Shown here: positions 35,487-43,416 of the stretch, piece by piece | How the letters are laid out: each line of letters begins with the position of its first letter | Position numbering within the stretch: the stretch's first letter is position 1 | Origin: Nitrospira sp. | GTDB lineage: Bacteria; Nitrospirota; Nitrospiria; Nitrospirales; Nitrospiraceae | DNA: 64,000 nucleotides | Direction: 5' to 3' | Assembly: GCA_005239465.1 (NCBI GenBank) | Contig: SPAW01000002.1 | Coordinates: forward strand, 40,868-104,867 | Translations under genes and position numbers: made by a program | Notes under the pieces: generated by a model | Told to the model about the DNA's origin: nothing | Database searches by the model: none | What the model saw: the letters and a program-made list of their open reading frames with translations, nothing else

Positions 35487-36989
35487 ATGGTGACGTTCCT
35501 GACCGACCACCTCTTGAGTTGGATCATTGCTGCACCCTTGGCGGGGCTAGCTCTTGTCGCGTGGCTCCGTGACGAAGAGTTGATCAAACGGGTCAGCCTC
35601 GCCTCGACGCTCGTCTCGTTCCTCCTGTCCTTGGTAGTGTGGGCTCGGTTCGACCATGGGAGGGAAGGCATGCAGTTTGTTGAACGAGCCGAGTGGATGC
35701 CGACGTTCAATATTCAATACGCTGTGGGCGTCGACGGCATCAGCCTGCCCTTGTTGCTGTTGACCACGCTCCTCCCGCCGCTGTGCGTGCTCACCTCCTG
35801 GAACGCCATCGAGACGAAGGTCAAGGCCTTCATGATGCTGATCCTTCTGGTGGAATCCGCCATGATCGTGGTGTTCACCGCGCTCGACTTGTTCCTTTTC
35901 TTTATGCTCTGGGAAGTCACCATGATTCCCATGTACTTCATGATCGTGCTGTGGGGCGGTCCGCAACGGGTTCCCGCGGCGGTCAAGTTCGTGCTCTTCA
36001 GTTTGACCGGAAGTTTGCTGCTCCTGGTCGCAATTCTCGGACTGTACTTGGAAGGTGGCAAGACCTTCGACATGATCGCACTGTCGCAGGTGAGTTATTC
36101 CGTCGATACGCAATTCTGGATCTTCCTCGCCCTTTTCCTGGCCTTCGCCATAAAGATGCCGATGCTTCCGTTCCACACATGGCTTCCGGAGGCCCACTCC
36201 GAGGCCCCCACGGCGGGGAGCGTCATCCTTGCCGGTATTTTGCTGAAAATGGGCGGGTACGGCTTCCTGCGTCTCTGCCTGCCTCTCTTCCCCCAGGCGT
36301 CCGCGGACTTTGCTACTTTCATCCTCTGGCTCTCGGTGGCAGCAATTCTGTACGGCGGGTACAACGCGCTCGCTCAGGAAGACATCAAGAAAATGGTGGC
36401 CTATTCGTCCATTTCGCACATGGGCTTCGTGACACTCGGCATCTTCGTCTTCAACACTCAGGGGATCCATGGAGCCATCTTGCAGATGTTCAATCACGGG
36501 ATCACCACCGGAGCGCTCTTCCTCATCGTCGGCCAACTTTACGATCGGACCCATAGCCGCGAGATCAACGACTATGGCGGGCTACACAAGCTGATGCCAC
36601 GATTCACGACGTTTCTCTGCATCTTCTCTGTGGCCTCCTTCGGCCTGCCGGGCACCTGTAGTTTCATCGGTGAGTTTTTGGTGCTGGTAGGAACCTCTTC
36701 GCGCAGCTATGTGATGGTGCTGTTGGCGATGGGCGGCATAGTCCTGGCTGCGTCCTACATGCTGTGGATGTTGCAGCGCGTGGCGCTTGGACCGGTCACT
36801 ACCCGCTTCGCCTCCAGCCTGCCTGATTTGACGATGCGGGAAATCGTGGTGCTCGTTCCGCTCGCGATTCTGGTCTTTGCGATCGGGCTCTACCCTGGTC
36901 CGCTGATCCACGCCATGGATGCAACCGTGACAGGCCTCATCCAGGGTTTCGATGCCGGTCCGCCGCTGAAGACCACGGCTCACTTCTAA
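35487..36989 (+). CDS. NuoM-like antiporter-type subunit
   Basis: The N-terminus ...WMPTFNIQYAVGVDGISLPLLLLTTLL..., then FFMLWEVTMIPMYFMI and AIKMPMLPFHTWLPEAHSEAPTAGSVILAGILLKMGGYG, are classic NuoM blocks. AGGAG precedes the ATG. Confidence 0.85.
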   Translation: MVTFLTDHLLSWIIAAPLAGLALVAWLRDEELIKRVSLASTLVSFLLSLVVWARFDHGREGMQFVERAEWMPTFNIQYAVGVDGISLPLLLLTTLLPPLCVLTSWNAIETKVKAFMMLILLVESAMIVVFTALDLFLFFMLWEVTMIPMYFMIVLWGGPQRVPAAVKFVLFSLTGSLLLLVAILGLYLEGGKTFDMIALSQVSYSVDTQFWIFLALFLAFAIKMPMLPFHTWLPEAHSEAPTAGSVILAGILLKMGGYGFLRLCLPLFPQASADFATFILWLSVAAILYGGYNALAQEDIKKMVAYSSISHMGFVTLGIFVFNTQGIHGAILQMFNHGITTGALFLIVGQLYDRTHSREINDYGGLHKLMPRFTTFLCIFSVASFGLPGTCSFIGEFLVLVGTSSRSYVMVLLAMGGIVLAASYMLWMLQRVALGPVTTRFASSLPDLTMREIVVLVPLAILVFAIGLYPGPLIHAMDATVTGLIQGFDAGPPLKTTAHF

Positions 36990-37018
36990 CGACAGCATAC
37001 CTCGCCAGGACTCCACCC

Positions 37019-38365
37019 ATGGGCGACGCGTCACCTCACATCATCTTCGGCTGGTCGCCGCTCATCCTCTCGAGCTTCATCATGGTCGTGTCCTACGCGG
37101 TGATCGTCTCCGAGCGATTCAACCGCGCGATCGTCGCGCTTCTAGGCGCGACGCTGGCCGTGGGGCTTGGTGTGCTCACTCAGGAGCAAGCGATCCGTGG
37201 CGTAGATTTCAACACCATCGGGCTCCTGACCGGCATGATGGTGTTGGTCGGTGTCACGAAGGAAAGCGGAATCTTCCAGTTCCTGGCGATCAAATCGGCG
37301 AAAATGGCCAAGGGCAGCCCATGGGGCATCCTGGTTATGCTTTCAATCATTACTGCAGTCCTGTCGGCCTTCCTCGACAATGTCACGACCGTCCTCCTGG
37401 TGGCCCCCGTCACGCTGCTGATCGCCGACGAGCTGCAGATCAATCCCTATCCGCTACTGTTTGCCGAGATCAATGCGTCGAATTCCGGAGGCACGGCAAC
37501 CCTGATCGGGGATCCCCCGAACATCATGATCGGGTCGGCCACGCATCTGACGTTCAATGATTTCATCCTGCACCTTAGCCCACTGAGCCTTGTCGTGTTT
37601 ACGGTGACCCTGGTCCCGCTCTGGTTCATCTATGGCCGGCACTTGAGCGTCTCGCCGGAGGCCAGGGAGCGGGTGATGGCTTTCAATGAGTATGCGGCGA
37701 TCCGGGATGTCAGACTCCTGAAGCAATCGCTGACGGTGTTCGGCCTCGTGATCGCGGGATTCGTGCTCGCACACCCTCTGCACCTTGAACCAGCGACGAT
37801 CGCCATGGGCGGAGCCGCGCTGCTCCTCTTGCTCGTCACGCTGGGTGCTGGTCAGGAAGAGGCCAGTCATAAATTGCACGAGTTCTTCACGCGAGTCGAG
37901 TGGGTGACCATCTTCTTCTTCATAGGATTGTTCATTATTGTCGCTGGCGTCGAGCACGCGGGTCTGCTAAAGCTGATGGCCGAATGGACCTTGAGCTTCA
38001 CCGGCGGTGATTTCGCCGTAACCACCATGGTCGTGCTCTGGACCTCGGCCATTCTCTCAGCGATCGTAGATAACATCCCGTTCGTGGCCACGATGATCCC
38101 GCTGATCAAAGACATGCTGCCAGTGTTCGAAGCCGCTGGCGTTCCACCGTACCAACTTGAAGGGCTCTGGTGGGCCCTGGCGGCGGGAGCCTGTTTTGGT
38201 GGAAATGGCTCGCTGATCGGCGCGTCCGCGAATCTGATCGTGGCCGGCATCGCAGAACGGAACGGTGTCCCGTTTCGCTTCCTCCCGTTCCTCAAGGTCG
38301 CTTTTCCGCTGATGCTGCTCCAAGTCGGCATCAGCGCCGTCTATGTCTGGTGGCGGTACCTATGA
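37019..38365 (+). CDS. ArsB/NhaD-superfamily (CitMHS-like) ion permease
   Basis: Polytopic protein. SAFLDNVTTVLLVAPVT...GGTATLIGDPPNIMIG...SAIVDNIPFVATMIPL...GGNGSLIGASANL is the duplicated permease motif. Confidence 0.75.
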   Translation: MGDASPHIIFGWSPLILSSFIMVVSYAVIVSERFNRAIVALLGATLAVGLGVLTQEQAIRGVDFNTIGLLTGMMVLVGVTKESGIFQFLAIKSAKMAKGSPWGILVMLSIITAVLSAFLDNVTTVLLVAPVTLLIADELQINPYPLLFAEINASNSGGTATLIGDPPNIMIGSATHLTFNDFILHLSPLSLVVFTVTLVPLWFIYGRHLSVSPEARERVMAFNEYAAIRDVRLLKQSLTVFGLVIAGFVLAHPLHLEPATIAMGGAALLLLLVTLGAGQEEASHKLHEFFTRVEWVTIFFFIGLFIIVAGVEHAGLLKLMAEWTLSFTGGDFAVTTMVVLWTSAILSAIVDNIPFVATMIPLIKDMLPVFEAAGVPPYQLEGLWWALAAGACFGGNGSLIGASANLIVAGIAERNGVPFRFLPFLKVAFPLMLLQVGISAVYVWWRYL

Positions 38366-38808
38366 AAGCGCGCGACATCATGACGACGGACGTGATCACG
38401 CTCCCGCCGGATTGTTTGATCGGCGACCTAGTCCGCAAATTAGCCGAGATGAAGCTGCAGGCGTTTCCTGTGGTGGACGCGAATGGGAACCTGCTCGGCA
38501 TCGTTAATATCTGGCGGCTGCTCCGCCACGTACTGCCGCCCTACATAGTGTCGGGCGACTTGGTTGATGTCCGGTTCGCGCCGGATCTCAACCAGCTTCA
38601 TGAGCGGCTGGCTTCCATGCGGAACCAGCCGGTGAGTGCTATCATGAATCGGAAACCGCCGACCGTGCGGCCTGACCATTCAGTCCTGGAGTGCGCTGCG
38701 CTCATGCTCAATACGCCGAAGACGGTTTATCTCCTGCCCGTTGTGGATGAGTCAGGGCGCTTCCTAGGGATCATCGCTCCCTTGGACCTGATCAAGGAGA
38801 TAGCCTAA
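38362..38808 (+). CDS. CBS-domain pair protein
   Basis: MKARDIMTTDVITLPPD...AFPVVDANGNLLGIV and SAIMNRKPPTVRPD...LLPVVDESGRFLGII form two CBS motifs. ATGA overlap with the permease gene. Confidence 0.8.
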   Translation: MKARDIMTTDVITLPPDCLIGDLVRKLAEMKLQAFPVVDANGNLLGIVNIWRLLRHVLPPYIVSGDLVDVRFAPDLNQLHERLASMRNQPVSAIMNRKPPTVRPDHSVLECAALMLNTPKTVYLLPVVDESGRFLGIIAPLDLIKEIA

Positions 38809-38810
38809 TC

Positions 38811-39170
38811 ATGCAGCTCTTCTACTGCCTCCACTTCAAGAACCTCCAGGGGGATATCTATGGAGGGCTGGTCGACGCAGTGGTCGCCCTGCCCCTGGCA
38901 TTAGCCTTCGGTGTCGCCTCAGGAGCCGGGGCTATCGTGGAGCTGTACGGCGCGATTTTCGTGGGATTTTTCGCCCCGCTGTTCGGTGGGACGCTGACTC
39001 AGGTCTTCGGCTAGACAGGACCCATGAAGGTCGTCATGGCCGGGATTATCGCCCAGTTCGGCCAGGAACCGGCCTTAGCCTTCACTGCCGTGATCTTGGG
39101 CGGAGGATTACAAATCTTGCTGGGGGTGTCGGTGGCTTCGGGCGGTACATCACGTAGTTGGCGATGTTGA
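38811..39170 (+). pseudogene. SulP-family transporter remnant (N-terminal ~110 codons, in-frame TAG, rest deleted)
   Basis: DIYGGLVDAVVALPLALAFGVASGAGAIVELYGAIFVGFFAPLFGGTLTQVFG*TGPMKVVMAGIIAQFGQEPALAFTAVILGGGLQILLGV. The SulP N-terminal blocks continue in frame across TAG 39012-39014, and similarity then ends. Confidence 0.7.
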
Positions 39171-39390
39171 TTTCTTTTCAGACTCACCCCGATTCCTTCC
39201 CTCTACACTGGGCCTTGCCAATCAGCAATCATGTCTATTGTTCGTCCACCTCTGCCTTATCTTTTATTCAGTCGTGGGAGGGCTCTAATTCGGAGTTTCA
39301 GTGTCTCTGATGTGGCGATCGCGACAGCTCCGATCTGGAAAGCCGTTCCCTACGAGAGTCCGTGCTGGGAAGCCTGTCGTGGTTGAAGAA

Positions 39391-39744
39391 TTACTGGCCG
39401 GATGGTTGAACTGCGCCAAGGTCTTGATCGAGGGTAAACACCATAATCCGCTCTCCGATTTCCGTGTCAATGTCCGTGAACAGTCCCGTTACCTTCACAC
39501 CTGTAATTCTGGCGATCTCGTTGCATAAACTGTCCCGGCCTTGCGCAATCAAGTTCTGGCGCATGCGTTTGACCATCTCAATACCGTCCGCGTTCTTGGC
39601 CAATTGACGTTCGGCATGGGTGAGGACCCCTTTCAGCCGGACGACCACCATGTCGCGGATGATTAAGGCTCGCACATCCGTCGGTCCGCGCCCCATAAAG
39701 TCCTGCTCAAACCTGATGATCGCCTGTCTGATTGCGTTGTACAT
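39391..39744 (-). CDS. DUF2294-like small protein
   Basis: IIRFEQDFMGRGPTDVRALIIRDMVVVRLKGVLTHAERQLA...LIAQGRDSLCNEIARITGVKV.. is a pattern I associate with DUF2294, from memory. Confidence 0.5.
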   Translation of the reverse strand: MYNAIRQAIIRFEQDFMGRGPTDVRALIIRDMVVVRLKGVLTHAERQLAKNADGIEMVKRMRQNLIAQGRDSLCNEIARITGVKVTGLFTDIDTEIGERIMVFTLDQDLGAVQPSGQ

Positions 39745-40411
39745 GTCTCCCTACCTCACCGGGTGATGACCGCCAGACTGTGCCCTTCCACTTGGTCATG
39801 GTCAGACAAGGTAGATTATAGTAACCACGAGAGAGACAAGGCAATGATAAGAATGAGGCTTCGCGCATTATCGGCGGGGATTAGGGGTTTTTAACGCACT
39901 CCTAATCCTCTTCTTATCTCCAATTGTTACGATCTCGTATCTCCGCTCTGAGAACACTTGACAACCGGCATGATCCACAAGAAGGGTGGAACTATCAGAC
40001 AGTTGGTTCGAAAAACTGCAGGCCCTGTTGTCACCATCGAGGCGGTGGGATCTCTCTTGGTCTGGGCAGGGCAATCGTTGACAGCATCCCCTACATCCAG
40101 CCTGACTCAGGCGAGCGTGAACCCGGTCGTCCTTTCGTTGACACCAGCTTCAAGCGGTTTCGCAGAGATCGCCACGCCGTGAGGCCAGCGGTCGTCAACT
40201 CATTGAAATGTTCTTCTGTCTCTAGACCGAAATTCTTTGCGTTTGACTCTGGAATCCTGCTACATCTTGAATTGGAAGACAACGCCGCCAGGCTCCATTG
40301 GTAAAACGGTCGGGCGGAACCGGTCGCTGGGAACTCCGGCGGGTGTAAACCCAACTCCACCATAGGGCGCGTAAGGTTGTCGGCTTCCTGTTCAGCGGCC
40401 GACAATAATAC

Positions 40412-40460
40412 AAGCCAGTGTGGCGCATACCTCGACGAGGTGCGCCCGCTGGCTTTTTTT
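40412..40460 (+). terminator. Intrinsic-terminator-like hairpin plus T7 tract 18 nt upstream of the sulP start (possible attenuator/expression platform)
   Basis: AAGCCAG-TGT-GGCGCA (13-nt loop) TGCGCC-CG-CTGGCTT followed by TTTTTTT. It is preceded by an 8-bp hairpin TTGTCGGC/GCCGACAA at 40376-40405. Confidence 0.5.
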
Positions 40461-40477
40461 ATGGAGAAAAACGTCTG

Positions 40478-42151
40478 ATGAACAGATCCACATCGTTGGG
40501 CGTCCCAGCAGGCAAGAACATACCCGCGGGAACATTTGACGGGTTGAAGCGGTACTCGCGCTACGATTTGGTCTCCGGCTTCTTGGTGTTTTTGATTGCG
40601 CTTCCGCTCTGCCTTGGCATCTCACTGGCCTGTGGCTACCCCGCGATTGCCGGTATTTTTACGGCGATTATCGGGGGACTCGTCGGTGCGACGTTGAGCA
40701 ATTCAGAGCTCACCATTAAGGGACCGGCGGCCGGTCTTATCGTGATCGCGATCGGGTGCGTTGTTGAGTTCGGATTTACGGGTGGGACAGATCCCGCGGC
40801 CGATTACCAAGCCTATCGACTGGCCCTGGGAGTCGGCGTAGCTGCGGGCATCATCCAGATCCTCTTTGGCCTTCTGCGAGCAGGTATCCTAGCTGAGTCT
40901 GCCCCGAGCTCGGTCATTCACGGCATGCTCGCAGCCATCGGTATCATCATTATTGCCAAGCAATTTCCGGTCATGCTGGGACTCAGTGCCTCAGGCGAAC
41001 CTTTGGAGCTACTGAAGAACATTCCGTCCTTCATCATTGACATGAACCCGGAAATCGGCGCGATCGGGTTGCTTAGTTTCGCCATTATGGTCGCTTATCC
41101 CTTTATTAAAAGTAACGTGCTCAAGAAGATCCCAGCGCCTCTCGTCGCCCTCTTGATCGCCGTGCCATTGGGGTTGTATTTCGGTCTCGACCATCCTCAT
41201 GGCTATTCGTTCAATAATCACGAGTATCAAGTCGGGCCGAACTTTCTTGTCAATGTACCGCTGAACATGTTCGACGCTATAGCCTTTCCCGATTTCTCTG
41301 GGCTGCTCACACTGACCGGCATCAAGTATGTCATCCTGTTTGCTCTGATTGGCAGCCTGGAATCGCTGCTGAGCGCCAAGGCTGTTGATACCATTGATCC
41401 CTGGAAGCGCAAAACCAATTTTGATCACGATCTGACGGCGATCGGGATCGGCAATACGGTGGCAGCCTGCGTCGGCGGTCTACCGATGATTTCTGAAATT
41501 GTCCGCAGTAAGGCCAATATCGACAACGGCGCCCATACCCGCTTTTCCAACCTCTACCATGGACTCTTCTTGCTCGTGTCCGTGGCGCTCGTGCCTGGAC
41601 TGATCAACAAAATTCCCTTGACCGCGCTCGCCGCCATGTTGGTCTACACAGGATTTCGCCTGGCGTCTCCCGCTGTGTTTCTGCATGTCTACCACGTGGG
41701 AAAAGAGCAATTGTTGATCTTCCTCTCGACCATCATCGCGATACTCGCCACTGATCTGTTGATCGGGATCGTAATCGGGATAGTGGTAGAAATACTGTCG
41801 CACCTCGTGAACGGGGCGCCTCTCCGTTCTCTCGTCCGCCTTCACTATAGGCCGTGCCACGTGAGCGATCGGACAACGCTTCTTTCCGTAAAAGAAGCGG
41901 CTGTGTTTACGACCTGGATCCCGCTACGCAGGCGGATCCAGGATCTGGCACTGCAGCATGATGTGGAGCTCGATCTTGCAGATACTCGTTTTGTCGATCA
42001 TACCGTGATGGCGCGACTTCATGAATTGCAAGCAGACCTGGCCTCGCAGAATCGCACACTGACGATCTCAGGACTTGATCAGCATCGCCCCTTCTCAGAG
42101 GATGTGGCTGCCGCTCGTAAAAAGAAACTGGCATCGACCACTCCGGCCTGA
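40478..42151 (+). CDS. SulP-family inorganic anion transporter with C-terminal STAS-like domain
   Basis: YSRYDLVSGFLVFLIALPLCLGISLACGYPAIAGIFTAIIGGLVGA..., SLESLLSAKAVD and PMISEIVRSKANIDNGA. The C-terminal ~110 aa are STAS-like. Confidence 0.85.
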   Translation: MNRSTSLGVPAGKNIPAGTFDGLKRYSRYDLVSGFLVFLIALPLCLGISLACGYPAIAGIFTAIIGGLVGATLSNSELTIKGPAAGLIVIAIGCVVEFGFTGGTDPAADYQAYRLALGVGVAAGIIQILFGLLRAGILAESAPSSVIHGMLAAIGIIIIAKQFPVMLGLSASGEPLELLKNIPSFIIDMNPEIGAIGLLSFAIMVAYPFIKSNVLKKIPAPLVALLIAVPLGLYFGLDHPHGYSFNNHEYQVGPNFLVNVPLNMFDAIAFPDFSGLLTLTGIKYVILFALIGSLESLLSAKAVDTIDPWKRKTNFDHDLTAIGIGNTVAACVGGLPMISEIVRSKANIDNGAHTRFSNLYHGLFLLVSVALVPGLINKIPLTALAAMLVYTGFRLASPAVFLHVYHVGKEQLLIFLSTIIAILATDLLIGIVIGIVVEILSHLVNGAPLRSLVRLHYRPCHVSDRTTLLSVKEAAVFTTWIPLRRRIQDLALQHDVELDLADTRFVDHTVMARLHELQADLASQNRTLTISGLDQHRPFSEDVAAARKKKLASTTPA

Positions 42152-42169
42152 TGAAAAAAGATAGGCAAT

Positions 42170-42193
42170 AGGCGCGCCAAGACGCGCCTTTTC
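42170..42193 (+). terminator. Rho-independent terminator after sulP
   Basis: AGGCGCG-CCAAGA-CGCGCCT followed by TTTT, 19 nt after the stop codon. Confidence 0.6.
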
Positions 42194-42449
42194 CTATGCG
42201 GCGTACTCCAGTTGCCAAGGCGTGTGAACCACTAAATTGCTGGCGCGCCACAATTGTGCTTCCGCAGACTGCGAGCAGCCGACCATCTGTAAACCATTGT
42301 AATGGTACTGCAATTATGCGTGAGCCAATGTGACCGGCGTGGGAATACCTCGCTGTAGAGGCAGGTCTCCCCCTTCCTTTGGGGCATTGCCGTGCGGCCG
42401 GCAATTCGGCGATAAGTAACCCTCGCGACGAGTTTGCGTCCGGAACACG

Positions 42450-42674
42450 ATGGCTCAGATCTTAAACTTCAGCCAGCACGCCAACGACGAAGAGGTCCAT
42501 TACCTCACTACCTTGCTGCTCTACCACCTAGTCGAACGGTGCGGGGGACAGCTGCAGTTCAGCGTCCAAGAGGTACAGCAGATCCGCGAGAACCTCTCCA
42601 GTAAGATGGTCCAGATCCAGCTCGGTGAAGTCGTAAAACTCCGTATCATCGACCGCCTGCCGGAACTGCAGTAG
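42450..42674 (+). CDS. Hypothetical small protein (74 aa)
   Basis: Clean ORF MAQILNFSQHANDEEVHYLTTLLLYHLVERCGG.... No family recognised. It lies at the left edge of the low-GC islet. Confidence 0.35.
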   Translation: MAQILNFSQHANDEEVHYLTTLLLYHLVERCGGQLQFSVQEVQQIRENLSSKMVQIQLGEVVKLRIIDRLPELQ

Positions 42675-42800
42675 CCTCACCTTCTTAGCTTTGCTGGGCC
42701 AAGAAAATCCGCCATGCTAAGCGGGTTGTAATGTGCATGAGATTGCAGAACCGCAAGTTTCTCAAAGGCGAGCGCATGGTGACGTGTCGGGAACGGTAAG

Positions 42801-43085
42801 TTAGGCAGCAGCACCGGCTTCTCGACCAAGAGCCCGTGCAATGTCTCGCGGCTTTGCGCCAAGTATCACCAGCCCCCGCACCAGCAAATCGATCGAGACC
42901 GTCTGATCAGCCGCCTCCATCTTCGCCACACTGGACTGACTCGATTGCAGTCGCTTGGCAAGGGCCAACTGGGAGAGCCCACGAGCCTCGCGACGCGCTC
43001 GCAGCGCCTGACTCAAGTTCACCTTCATTTCAAACAGTGCGGCCTCTTCCAGGCTGAGTCCTAAGAAGGTGCTGGCTGTTCCCAA
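42801..43085 (-). CDS. XRE-family HTH protein (antitoxin-like)
   Basis: ALRARREARGLSQLALAKRLQSSQSSVAKMEAADQTVSIDLLVRGLVILG is a canonical HTH_3 plus the dimer helix of antidote-type XRE proteins. The start may be the internal ATG at 43028. Confidence 0.75.
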   Translation of the reverse strand: MGTASTFLGLSLEEAALFEMKVNLSQALRARREARGLSQLALAKRLQSSQSSVAKMEAADQTVSIDLLVRGLVILGAKPRDIARALGREAGAAA

Positions 43086-43147
43086 ACGCCAACCCCGCGC
43101 TTTAAGCTGTTTCTGTTTTGTCTGTCCATCATCATTGCTCCTTACAA

Positions 43148-43416
43148 TCAGTTCCCAGGGTATGTCAGAAATGACGTGTGCGCAAGATGTGCAAAGTCTG
43201 GTGGGGCCCTGTTTCTCTGCAAAGTTCGCCGTCTAGCCTCCCTAGCGTTTTCCAAGAAGTAATGGGCAAGGTGGTCCACATCTGTTTGACGGAGTATAAG
43301 AAGGTCGTTACACTCCTTCCCGACCAGATGTACTTTCCCGCGGCGGTTAGATCATCTGTTAGAAACTGGGGGATATGAAGGAACCGTCTCAACCACTTGC
43401 AGAGGTGTTTGGTCAT
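43148..43416 (-). pseudogene. Degraded RelE/ParE-superfamily toxin gene (frameshift plus internal deletion)
   Basis: Own three-frame reading. MTKHLCKWLRR..LTDDLTAAGK..SGRSVTTFLYSVKQ in one frame continues as DVDHLAHYFLENAREARRRTLQRN in another. This resembles ..KHFxRWARKExLTDxxL..GKSGGxRT...FxFGFxKNERxN. of toxins that sit upstream of XRE antidotes. Confidence 0.3.

Noticed and set aside
35547-36556. Long ORFs of 335 aa (minus strand) and 287 aa (plus strand, other frame) inside the NuoM-like gene
   Set aside because: They are Arg/Gly/His/Glu-rich low-complexity translations. They are typical shadow ORFs of a high-GC gene whose own frame has unmistakable NuoM motifs.
39924-40304. 126-aa ORF in the sulP upstream region; also tested by eye for guanidine-I (ykkC) and cobalamin riboswitch cores
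   Set aside because: The ORF has odd composition and no motif. I could not find the conserved ykkC blocks (CUAGGGUUCCG / GGUCCGAGAG / ACACGGCGGGA) or a B12 box, so no named riboswitch is claimed.
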